Both the position numbers and the translations under genes were made by a program. From Blasia pusilla (Eukaryota): 64,000 nt of DNA. Positions 39,501 through 51,600 of this stretch are shown here, piece by piece (position 1 is the stretch's first letter; every line of letters begins with the position of its first letter). The stretch is from positions 25,606,001 through 25,670,000 of the forward strand of contig CM114271.1 of the NCBI GenBank assembly GCA_050084515.1, in the 5' to 3' direction. The notes beneath the pieces were generated by a model that was not told the origin of the DNA, did not search any database, and saw nothing but the letters and a program-made list of their open reading frames with translations.

Positions 39501-40210
39501 ACTTAGAGTTTCTCAACCGCATACGGACTTCTCCACCATCTCAAGAAGAGATAATAGCTTCTTTAGGAAAGTGTTTTGTTTATGAAAATGAAGCTACAGA
39601 CTATATACAATCTGATACAAAAATTATTTGTACACACAATGAGGATGTTGATATGTTCAATCTTGTATCTTTGAAACGTCTATTTGGTGATGCATGTATT
39701 ATTCAAGTTCTTGTAAAATTAGACGCATCTAATGAATTCGCATTTGCTAGCTGGCTAGGAGACACTACTTTCCACCAATTACCTTTTGTTTCCCTTCATT
39801 GTTAAGTTATGCTTACATTAAATATAGACCTCACGTTACAAGCAACAAACGGATCTTAGGGAATAGTATCTATGTTACTATACAAGGATGATAAACTAGT
39901 AAGTATTGTTGTTAGAATTTTGTCTAGTGACAAGCTTGTTACCATCTCAAGAACAAAGTTTGCAACTCTCAGGTATGGCCCTAACAAAAAATACATCAAA
40001 AAAACATTTTCGCTTGTTCTTGGCTATGCTATAACAGGGCATAAAAGTCAAGGTTCTACTATTCCTGGTCGTTGTCTTCTAGTCATTGGATCAGTTTTTG
40101 CACTAGGACTTGCTTATGTTATGGTATCTCATATCAAGTCAAGGGATAATTTAAGAATTTTTGGTACTTTAGAGCCATCTAATTTCAAAGTAATCACAGT
40201 TCTAAAGTAA
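36600..40210 (+). mobile_element. Helitron-like Rep-helicase pseudogene; the element probably spans ~33200-43285
   Basis: ETRLFPFLFP; Rep motif 1 HFFLTLT; motif 2 YEL*NRGSLHYYMIIW (38076); PYHPLILLLW; motif 3 YLLKYALKSE; Walker A GPSGSGK (39385); PIF1 motifs VRQ..D...FLNRIR and YAITGHKSQG...GLAYVMVS. Many stops and frameshifts. CTAG|T at 43267 and 43282 are candidate 3' ends. Confidence 0.88.
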
Positions 40211-43200
40211 TATTTTCTATTCAGATTTTGTGTGTTCATTGGATTAGAACATCACAACGTCACGAAATAACTCATCTAGAGGATGAGGATCCAGGCAGTC
40301 AAGCCAAGCTCCGTACGTAACGAACACATCTCAAGTTGGGTAGGGCCTTCCCCTCTATGAGTATGAGACTAATCCCAACATAATGGTGCCAGATACACCA
40401 TTATCTCTACACATCGTTAGCGTTGAGGTTCACTCCCAACATGTAATATACATCAACTGACCGGTTTATTGTTTAAGAGTGCTTCTTTTCAACAATCTAA
40501 CATAGTATTGTAGGTTATGAGTTCTTACCTAGACTTTGTGAGCATGATTTTGGACGATATCAACTCGCAAAAGCATGATGTTTGTCCAAGATATACAACT
40601 CCCATTGAAAACCAAATGAAGTACTTAGACAATCAAGGTTATCAACCAACATTTTGGGAACATGGAGTCATAGGACGACCAATCCAAGTCTTGATTAGTC
40701 AAGGCCAACTTTGGGACTCTAAGTTCAGGCGCATCAATAAGGATGGACTTGCAACAGGTAGACTAAAAGCTATATTTTATATCAGGTTATTCTTGAGTGT
40801 TAGATTTAAAATTCTCAAAGTATTAAAATTAGTCTTATTGGAATGGATCTCAGGAATCCAAAAGGAAGCACTAAGATACATAAATGTGGATTTCAAAGAA
40901 ACTACATTAATACTCAAGGATGGGGCAGAATCCACATTTGTATAGTGTTGTCTTAGGTGGTATTAGATTGGATTAATTATGCACACTAAAGCATGAGATG
41001 CACCTCCCCTTAAGTATGTTGATTGATCTGAACTCAGCCAAGGCAACTCATCTTTTGGAACGTATGAAGGAAACTAAGGAAGCTGGTCAACTTCATGAAT
41101 TTGAGCCATTGCCTATCAATCTTGATGATCCACATAGCTTGCCAGTTCTACCAGATCTTCAAGACATTATAGTTTCATCATCACAACCAAGGGATACTCG
41201 AGCTAGAGTGTCTGTTGCAGCCATTATTTAGGCTAATCCAATAATTCTTGATTGACCTTCCAAATATCAAATCTACTCCAGGCCCATCGTGAGATCCTAG
41301 TGGAGGAGTCACATCACCAGAAAAGGGTAAATGTGCTTAAACATTGCATAAGTTCATTTCAACTTTTTATATTTCATGCTCATAGATAGTTCAACTCTAC
41401 ATTTACTCTCAATTTCTGCTTCTTCACTACCTTTCATACCACACCTACTAAATTTATTCCACGTATCTCGTCATGACTGTGATGTAATATGTTCTTCATG
41501 CAGGAAAATGATGTTACACTAAGCTAATACCTATGATCAACATACCTACATATGCTATCAATTTTCACTGTTGTATTATTCATAGAATATTGCCATTTTG
41601 TACCAATCTGCATTTACGCTGAAATTTTCTAGAACACCAGACTCTTATATAACTACCTTCAATTGTTAATTTCCAAATATCACAATTTTTTGTTCAACTT
41701 CAGTTTTGCACTTTCAATCTGACTTGTTCATGATCCATATGATAATTTTGCAATGTTTTATGTGTACATATAATCTCAATTTCAATAGGCAAGTTGGGTA
41801 CTTGTAGTTTATATCACTATAAGAGTGCTCTTTATTCTCTAAGTTATATTTACACATGGGATGTGCAATTCATATTTAGTATGCACATGTTCCTTGTTTT
41901 ATACTCAACATTACTTATTTAGCTTGGGTATAATTCACTACTGAATTTAGTACTACATATTTTAGTTTATATTTATCTTGTTTAATGTACAATGTTCTTT
42001 GTTTTACATTGAATCTATATGCTACATCCTAATTTTAATCTTCTAGTCTCGGCACATCATACTCATGTGGTCAATTTTGCCTATTTCACATATTTTAGTT
42101 AAAAAATTTATATTGGTAAGATGCCTTAAGTTCATAGCTTTCTTTTTCTGATAGTGATCTTATTATAGTCCGATTAGCTCAGTTTTCAAGAGAGATTTCA
42201 ATTCTTCAGAGTGTGTTAGAGTATGCATGTGAAGACAGTGAGAAAAAATTGCGCAAACTTCAAGAGGCAGAGCATAACTTAAAGGCAACTAGGGATGAGT
42301 TTAAAGAGTTTTCCAAGGAAGTTGCTCCTTTGGTTGCTGATGACCCTAAACTTAGACTTCAACTCCTTCTAATCCAGTCGATGTTGAGGAATTAATTTCT
42401 CACTTTAGTTCAATGTTTATCCAGGACTTGACGAAGTACATTAGACTTCTTCACTTCCATACCAGATTCTGGTACAGATCTAGATTAAAAAATTTCTCAT
42501 TGCAGCATTGTTGTTAAATCTATTTCATGATGCTTTCAAATCTTATGAAAAAGTACTTTGCAGCCAAATTTTGTCTTAATCTTTATTAATGTACAGATTT
42601 TTGTTAGTATGTTGTAACACTAGCACATTATTACTTCTACTCACAACCGTATGATGTTTCAATGTGGGTGTAAACAAGTCTTGCATCTACTAAGTCTTCT
42701 TTTGGTAGACCTGTACCATCTAAATGAGCTAACAATCTGTACGATAAAATCTGCTCATATTACATTTAGATAGCTGACTCTCTTTCTGCAGTCGTCATAA
42801 AAGTTTTACTGAGTATCTAATCTACTTCACATTGATGCAATGAAGTAGATTAGATGAAAATTTCCAGTTCATGAAAATTAATTACATTCTCCATTTTTGG
42901 CATGCTATATTTAAAATGTCGATTCAAGCAACGCGTTCCCACATCCATAATGTCTCCAAGCCATTTTGCATCAATGAACCACATTCACACACTCATTACA
43001 TTCTTGATTTTGTGTGCTCCAATGCATTCTCACATCTCTTCCAAAGTATTGCATATTTCCTTTAATATCACTATTACATTTGGCCATATTACAAGTATTT
43101 TCCAACAACCATATGAAACAACATTTATTTGTACTTAAATACCACCATTTAAATATAAGTCACAAACAAAACTTAAGTATATCTAACTACCACCATACCT

Positions 43201-43852
43201 AACCTAAATTTCTACTTCAGTCCACGTATCTAATCACATATTTAGTCATACTACGGTGGCCGCATACTAGTTTGCCGGATACTAGTCAGCGGGTAACGAG
43301 AGGGCGGGGTACGTGAAGGGAGCGGAGGGGATCGGGACGGGGTTTTGAACTAACCAAAGGGGGAGGGATTCGAAGGGGAGAGAGGTCCCAGGGCAAGCAT
43401 TTAGAAGTACGTCATGACTCCCTACCTATTTTCGTTGGACGACGACGACGGAGGCGCTCTACGGGATGGCGGTCGGGATGGTGAAGGGGGGACCGATTTT
43501 TCTGGTGGGATGGAGGATGGAGGGGGGTCGTGTGTTATATCAAAACAGAGATATCGACTTCCTCCACGTTTTGATCTGTAGCATCAATCTTATAGTGAAG
43601 TATTTTTCATTTTATTGTGTTTTGTAGATTTTTTTTTTTAGGGTTTCTCATATTGGTATTAGGGGCCTCTTTGTTGTCTCGTTTCGTTGTCATGCCTTGA
43701 ATGTTTCCAAGACAACTTATGTTGTTATTCCACACCACCATTTTTTTCTCTGTGTCCTTATCATGTAGTCATACATGTTTCTCGCTCACGTTTGACTTAT
43801 GTTTTTCTCCCTTATCGCACTCTATTTCCCATCTATTCTCTTTCCAGCTGAT

Positions 43853-46800
43853 TAGAGAGGTTGTGGCCCGATGATTGATAGATTTGGATGGGTGGTTCCT
43901 CCAATCGATCATGGATGCTCACCGGTGCTTCATGCATCATCACCCCCTCCCGAGGCATGGGAGTGGTTGAGGTCCCACCTTGGCAGCATCACAGGTCTCT
44001 TTGAGGCCCGTTTTCCCTGCCCGAGGTTGTTTCATAGGATCCCCCATGCTATTCGGGACGAGCTTCGCCATTCTTTCCTCCTGCCCTTATCTAGGATCGT
44101 GCTTGATCCTATGGATGAGCTCTCGTGGTATCTACTACTTCTCCTTCCACGATGGTGTCTTCGCTATACCCGAGGAAGGAAGGCCGGCCATAGAGAGGTT
44201 GTGGCCCGATTGCGGCGCTTACGAGGAGGTGATTGGGAGTCTCTACAGAGCGAGTTCGTGGCATATGCCAGAGGTAGCACTCCACGTGGTTGTGGCTGCC
44301 AGATTGGGACGATGTAGGACACTTAGGAGAGCCGGGGAGTACTCGCGAGCAGCTCGTGCGCTCCGCCCTATGGATATGGCTCCTCCTTCCAGTGTTACCA
44401 TCGACGCCCTCCGGAGGCTACACCCTCGTCCAACGGTTGACATCCCAGCATTTGTATGTAACTTCCATCCTGACACGACCTTATGCCTAGATCCGTCCCT
44501 CTTTGCACGGGCACTCGGGCATTTCCCTAGGATAGCAGCTGGAGGGTTGTCCGGTATGATGTACGAACACCTTCGTGATTGCTTTCCCCCCGAGGACTCT
44601 GCTAGCGGCTTTTCCGAGTTGCTTCAGGTTGCCTCTCACCTAGCTCAGGGGAGAGTGCCAACAGCAGTAGCCCAGGTTTTGGGGGCGGGGCGACTTTTGG
44701 CGTTATCGAAGGAGGGTGAAGGGATCCATCCGATTGCCATAGGGGAGGTGCTCTTGCGGATGGTGAGTCTCACTATCGCTTTGCAGTTCCGTGAGGCTTT
44801 CCAGTCACATCTGAGTCCGTACCAGTTTGGAGTTGCCACGCCAGCCGGTTGTGAGGCTGTAGCCTTAGGTTTGAGGGCTTGTTTAGACATACATCCCGAG
44901 TGGGTGGTTCTCCAAGTTGATGTGGAGAACGCCTTTAAGTCAGTGTCTCGAGCAGCTATCTTCACGGAGTTGAGAGACACAGAGGGTCCCATAACGAGTC
45001 TGATTCCCTTCGTGCATGCTTTTTATGGGGCTCCCTCGGCACTCTATTTTCACCACGGTAGGTTCGAGGAGGAGATCACGGTCTTAGAGTCTGCTACCGG
45101 GACGCATCAGGGTGATCCCTTGGGGGTGCATTGTTTGTCTTGGCTCATTATCGAGCGGTTCTTTCTACGGTGGAGGCTTTCCCGGGTTGCATTTTCCCTT
45201 CGTTGGCAGATGATACTCATATTGTTGGCCCTAGAGACTTGGTTGTTCCTGCATTTCAACACTTCTCAACACAGTTGGCACATGTTGGCCTTGCGATGAA
45301 GGTGGGAAAGTGCAAGGCTTGGTCTTCATTAGGCTTGTCAACGGATATTCATTTACCCGATGGTTTTTTGACACCTGCTGGAGGGCTTCGTGTTTTGGGA
45401 GTTCCACTCGGGAGCGAGGACTTTGAATCGAGTTTTGTGGCGGCGGCTCTTACCGAGGATCTTCTCCACGTCGACGATCCCACGAGGATTGGTGACCCTC
45501 AAGTAGCTTATGGAATCCTCTCGTCATGTTTTGCCCGTAGACCTGGTTATCTGTGTAGAACTGTGTGGGCGACTAGCCATATTTCTTCCTTGTATAGATC
45601 CTTTGATAGAAAGATTATGCAGGTGTTTGGGGATCTTCTAGGACCCGGCTCATTAGAGTGCCCCGCGGGGGAGCTAGCTCATAGACAGGCTTCTTGGCCG
45701 ATTTCCTTTGGTGGAGTAGGTCTCATAGCGACTAAGTTAGTGGCGTCTTTAGCCTTTTTAGGGAGTTGGGCCACTATAGCACCCCTCTTTTGCTCCCGAT
45801 TTTTGGTTAGGGATAGACCGCTACTTTTACAGTACGTTTCCCAAGTTGAGGATGGTCTTTTCCCACTTCAGTCTTCACTTACAGCTTGTAGAGACTCCCT
45901 TGTTGTTGAGGCTAGAGCAGTTCTTCCCACTTTCTCTTCCCTAGTTTCCTCCGGACAGTCGGGGCTCCAATCTTCTTTGATGGAAGCCCACTTTGATGCA
46001 TTTTTAGAGCTACTATGTCGGACGGGAATATCCCCATGGAGGTTCAGGCCCGTATTCGCTCTTGCTCCGAAAAGGGGGCAGGCTCATGGGTGGGGGCTCG
46101 TCCCCTCATCTCGGCTTTCCGCATCGCACCACTTCCCTACACTACAGCGATGAGGTTCCGACTAGGCCTGCCCCAACCAACAATGGTTGGTTCGACACAT
46201 TGCGAGTGTCGCCGGAGTCTGGATCCACTTGGTGTGCATTTGGCACGGTGTCCAGTTGGGGGTGAGAGGATAGCCACTCACGATGCAGTGTAGGATATTA
46301 TGTTCTCTATTGCTCGGGAGAGTGGATTCCATGTACAGAGAGAGAGGCACTACTCCATGCGGGATTCCCTTATCCGTGCTGATCTCTACATGACGAGGGA
46401 GGCTGAGGTGGTGGTAGCGGATGTTGTAGTGACGGATCCTACGCGGGAGGCGGTGCGAGCCCAAGTGGTAGCACAAGGGAGATTGCTACAAGGAGCGGCG
46501 GCGGCGGCGGTCAAGAAGACCCACATTTACAGTCGATTTCATGACGGACATCGATTTATCCCCCTAGCCATTGAGATGTACGGGGCGATGGGAGAGAGGT
46601 TTGACTCGTTCCTTACGGATTGCGCCCATCATCTCCAGTCGAGAAATGGGTTGTCCTTAGCCACTGCGATACTTTATTGTAGGCAACGGGTCTCCATAGC
46701 TTTGCAGCGCGCCCAGGCAAATGGGCTTCTGCGACAGGATCAGGCGGTTGGAGACGCCAATGCTAGAGGCCCACTTAGTAGTAGTCATAGTTCTGTAGGT

Positions 46801-46990
46801 ATTATTGATATTGTTTCCGCTGTTGGTGATCGTTAGGTGGAAGGCCCCCTTCTTTATGCTTGGGGCCGATTCTGGCCTCTTGAGGTCTTCCTTTTTGGCT
46901 CTCTTTGCCCCCTCATTTGTATCGTGATGGGTTCCCATCCTTTTTTTATACATATTTTATATTTCTCTAGTTTGCCTCTCCATCAAATAA
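43853..46990 (+). mobile_element. 5'-truncated non-LTR retrotransposon with RT plus C-terminal restriction-like endonuclease (CRE-like clade)
   Basis: Frameshifted single ORF 43871-46836 (shifts ~44290, ~45125, ~46000; stop 46291). RT: HPIAIGE, QFGVATPAGCE, DVENAFKSVSR, QGDPLG, SLADD, VLGVPLG. Zinc knuckle: CEC...D..GVHLARC..GGERIATHDAV. REL: RADL...ADVVVTDP...KK..Y...FIPLAIEMYG...QRVSIALQR. Confidence 0.9.
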
Positions 46991-48319
46991 GTTTCTAAAA
47001 ACCCATTGGGTATATATATGTGGACTATTTTTTATGGTGGCGCCTGATGCGGTGCAGCTGACTTTCCGAGACGAAAGAGTGTGAACTACAGCCACCTTCC
47101 GTCGTCAGCTGCGCGGCCTTCGGAGAAAACGAGAGGGAGACGGAGAAGGAGAGGGAGAGGGAGAGGGAGATTAGACGGGAGAATTATGGGATGGGAAGAT
47201 GATAAAGTGGTAATGCATGGGAAGTGAAGGACCGGGAGCAGCTGTCAAAGGAATGGGATTCTGATCAATGGAAGAATAAATTGGTGAGAATTTCAATTGA
47301 TCCCGGAGTGGTGTAAAAATTTGCGTCTGTCCGGTTAATTCATGGGGAAGAATTCGATTCAAAAATGTTCCCTGTCCTTGTGCATCTACTGTGCAGGAGT
47401 CTCGAGGTCACACACTTCGATCCTCATTTCCGATCCGCGTCTCTCTCCTTCAGTTCTTGCAGACCATGCTTTGCTCCTTCATGTCCGCTCTGTCCGTCTC
47501 CGGGCCATGTAGGAAATCGTTCCCTCGCCGACTTCGCTACTATTGCATAGATTTTGTGCGGTTCTCTTCCAACTAGTCTCAACAAATTGAATGAAGAGAG
47601 AAGCCTATTCCGCTTCGCTCGCCGCTACTAACGGAGTCTCGGTTGATTTCCTTTTCTTTAGCTACTTAATGTTGATTGAGAGAGGAGAAGTGGAGTCCAA
47701 TGCTTGGGCGGTCTCCTGTTTTAGACCGTATGGTGCACCGTGAGGCTCATTCCTTATCGTACAGTTGCTTCCGGATGGAACTCGGGCATGTGGATTAGGA
47801 CTGCTCCGAGCAACAACGGAGGCACTCTTCAACTGGAGTTTCCAGAGTGTTCTGCTGCTGATAATTCCTTCGGCAACATTGCGCATTGCATGACAATTAG
47901 GACGCGGATCGCCTCTTTTTGCCCGAGTTGATGATCTTGTATTGCCAGGGGATGTAATTGTCAAGTTCGAACTCTTTGGAGATGAGCCACCCGCACTCTC
48001 GGTACTGAGAAGGCTGTGAGGAGCTCAGTGGGACAATAGTGAGGTTGATGTATTGCAGCTCAATGCGTCCGAATTTAATTTGACTCTGTCCTTTCGACGT
48101 CTTTTTTTGGGGGTCCGTGCTCGAGTTGGAGAGAGAATCGGCTACAGTGAGTGCAGGCCTTGCGACAGCTCGTGCGCTCAATGCAATACGTTTCTTAGGC
48201 TCGGATTCAGTCCCAAGCTGAGTCCAGCTGCCGGAATTTTACGTTTCTAAACCCAGAGTGTAACTTGGGGGGTTCTTGACGTTAGAAATCCTCCATCCGC
48301 TGTCCAGAGTCGTTGTATT

Positions 48320-48356
48320 GAGGAGGAGGGGAGGAGGAGGAGGAGGAGGAGGAGAA
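48320..48356. repeat. (GGA)n tract upstream of ITPK4
   Basis: Directly visible imperfect GGA repeat. Confidence 0.85.
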
Positions 48357-48420
48357 GAAACCCATCTCACCTTCTCAAATTAACAGCGTATAGCAGAAGT
48401 GCGAGGGTCTCAGAGTCCTC

Positions 48421-48522
48421 GTAAGAAGTAGTGGGGTTTAGGCATCCTTAGACAGATCCTCCAGACAAGCTTGACACGATTTTTTTCCCTCCGCTAGTCA
48501 AACGCTCATATTCTGTTTGCAG
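48421..48522 (+). other. Probable 5'UTR intron of ITPK4
   Basis: GTAAGA donor at 48421 and TTCTGTTTGCAG acceptor ending 48522, upstream of ATG 48667. Confidence 0.5.
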
Positions 48523-48666
48523 GGGTCTGGTTTGTTTGAGTGATTGTTGCGAATTAGAGCATCTCTCATAATTCTCTCTCTGGATCTGCTATTGCAGATT
48601 GGAAAACGTTGAGTTAGGGAAGACCGAAGCTGGACCGTAAAGAGGTGTGGAAGTGAACTACCGGTG

Positions 48667-51600
48667 ATGGAGGCGGAAGGTTTGCAAGGTGTTTTGGTCG
48701 ACGCGGGCGTGCTATTCAGGGAAGACAGGAATGGAGCTGTGGAGTTCAAGCCGGACGTGCCTCACTTCTTGTGTCGCCTGCGATACTCCAATCTATGCAT
48801 TGTACTGTTAATCCACCATAGAAAAATTCGCTACAACTGCAGTGATGGGAGGTTCTCAATTTCAGTTTTATGATTCTCTTGATAGAGATCTTATGGAGTT
48901 ATTGTTGCATTTACCGTTCTAGTGTTTGTCATTTGTCAATCTTAATGTTGGAGTGGGCTTTTGGTGACTGAGTAGAGTAGAGGTGTTCCTTTGTAGTTGC
49001 GGTGTAGGTTTGATGCGTCTTTGTTTATGAATGTTGTTTATGGTCACAGTAGAGAGCATAGTTACTTCATCTTGGTTCGACCTGGAAACAGATGTAGGCT
49101 TGAGGTTAGAAAGATTTCATGAGACAAGGAGTAGTGAATACTTATTTGACTTTCGGAAGCTGAGAAGTAAAACGAATGAGCAGAAGAAACCAGAAACAAT
49201 TTGATGGGGATTCACCTCTCCGAGTGGATGGTGGAAAGGTTTCACTAGATGACCCTGCAAAGGAGTTTGTGTGCCATGAAGTTCATCTTTCCAAGCCGAT
49301 TGTTTCTTGTGAGCTTCCTGAGGGTGGGGATGAGGGTTGAAATGAGGAGTGTAGAGTGATCTGTGGATATAGAACTCAGATTGAGAAATGTGAGACAAAA
49401 TAGAAAGCAATTGCAAGAGCAAGCTTTGCACAACTTTTCCATGATTTTTGTGCTGTTCTAATTTTATGTATCCTGGTCTCGTGGCAGGGAATCCTCTTAC
49501 AAAGCACATCTCAAGAATCCTACATGAAAAAGGTATAATTCAGATTAGCTATTATTCGTTACAATTTTGTGCTTCAAAAGAAATCTTGCTCTTGTTATAA
49601 TCTTGGACGTTTAGGGGCAATTCTGTTCTCCAAGGAAGTTGAGGGTTACTTCTTTCCTCTAGAGAAGTAGCATATGATCTAACCTGTTTTTCATTAGGAA
49701 TTTCTGCTCAGGGAAATTGGAGTTGCGGAGGGGCTGCACATAATAACTTTGGAGCGGGGTGCCTCTGCAACTGGGAGTGTGAGTACATCAGGATGGGGTG
49801 TACCTTTTACTACCTCTGTATATATAACTGCACAGCAGAATGAGGCTATTCAAGGAGATCTTATTGGTCAAGGATGGACAATTATAGGTGTGGTTTCAGG
49901 TGGATTTTCTCCGAAGTTCTTTCCACTTTTTACATGGACATTTTAACAAGCTGGAAAGTGCCTCAGATCCTTGAACAGACATAGATGGTTTGATATTTAC
50001 AGAACCTAGAAATTAGTCCTGAAATTTTACAAATCAATTAAGCAAGTGGGAACTACCAGTATTTTATGAATAAATTAAGTGATCTGTAAGGAATGGACTG
50101 TGATTGTGTTACAAAAATACAGTGGTGACTGAAAGGGGGAGCTGTTTTGGCAGTGCTGGGTCAACTGTAGACCAGCTTTATGAGATTCCAGCTAGTCTTG
50201 CGATGCTAAACAAGAGGGTATGTCCTGCTCATCATCTCTGTATGCATTTTGGAGTCTCTCCCTCCAAGTGTGTCTTGCTGCTGAAGCAGTGTAAAGGTTC
50301 TCTAGATAGAATGAACTATGCTCATTGCCCGGACGTGGTTTGTTACCATGGTTTATATTGTATTGGTCAGAAGTATATTTGTGCGATCTATATGTGTGTT
50401 TGCTATTGGTAAATTAGGGTTATTCTCCAGATGTGGCCTTAAAGCATAGTCTCCTACGTCCTTTCTCCCGGTTGATGTTTGCAGGCTCTCAGAGACATGG
50501 TGGTGGTTGTAGGATACACTATGAAGTGGAGTCGAGAGCTGGAATTCCTAAAGGTTCTGGAACTTCTATGAAATGTGTGTAAAGAAGATTGAGTAGCTCG
50601 TTAGGAGTGCTGTCTTATTTCTCTTCATTCTTTCCAGTCAAGTGCACAAGTACACATGCTCTTTGTAGGATACACAATCCGATTGATTGGATGGAATTGA
50701 TTTTGGAGAAATGAATACCAAACGCTCTTTGGAAAGTTGTTAATTTTTTGCAGAGAGGTGCCCTGCCGATACTACAAAATAACTATGGCCTTAGTTTTTT
50801 ACCGATTCAATTGGATCGACCTTTGGAGCAACAGCTGATGGCTGTGGATGTTGTCCTCCATAAAGCGACGGATGAAATTATGCCCGTGCATTCTGGCCAC
50901 TTCAATTCTCCCGCCTCAATTCAGTTCTCTGATGGAATATATGAACTACAGAGGTAATCTAAGAGAACTTATGCCAGTCAATTATATTGCATTAGGAATA
51001 TGAGGATGCAGTTTCATGAAAATGGTTGAGGAATTTGTTACATCTTTTGAAATGGCGAACACGCAGTGGTTATGACTATTTTTACAAGTCCATGTTGATG
51101 TCAGGGTCATTACAGATCATATAACCCAATGTAGATTTTGATGAGATATGAGTGGGAAGATTTCAGATCATCAGGTGGGCTATTTTCAGGATGGGTCATA
51201 CTGTGAATTTTATAGGAAGTCAAAATCAAGGTTTTGTATATTAGTTCTTAGACCATTTCTACCCTATTTGTTTTGTACAGGTACTTGCAGGAACATACAC
51301 ATATCTGTGTCGTTGATCCTATTGATAGAGTCTTACCGTTGCTGGACCGTGTTGCAACTCAGGCTATCTTGCAAGACTTAACCATACGCTCTCAGCAGAT
51401 CATCCGATCTCCCCGTTCTGTGGAGGTCTGCAACCCTAAAATAAAAGAAATTTCAACCTCTTCACACTTCAATTGTTGGTCCTTGAAAGCTTTGTTTTAG
51501 TAAACCTGTGGAGTTACTGAACCTGGAAATTGGTGTGTTGAGTTGGAACAGCTAAGGACACCATGGGTATAGGAGCTTGGGGCCCAGGGTTGTCGTACTT

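Noticed and set aside
47044-47076. Hammerhead-like CTGATG...CGAAA just after the LINE
   Set aside because: The core is CTGATGC rather than CTGANGA, and no closing stems were found.
47365-48250. Short ORFs on both strands upstream of ITPK4
   Set aside because: No homology or consistent exon structure visible; could be promoter or divergent non-coding transcript but unsupported.
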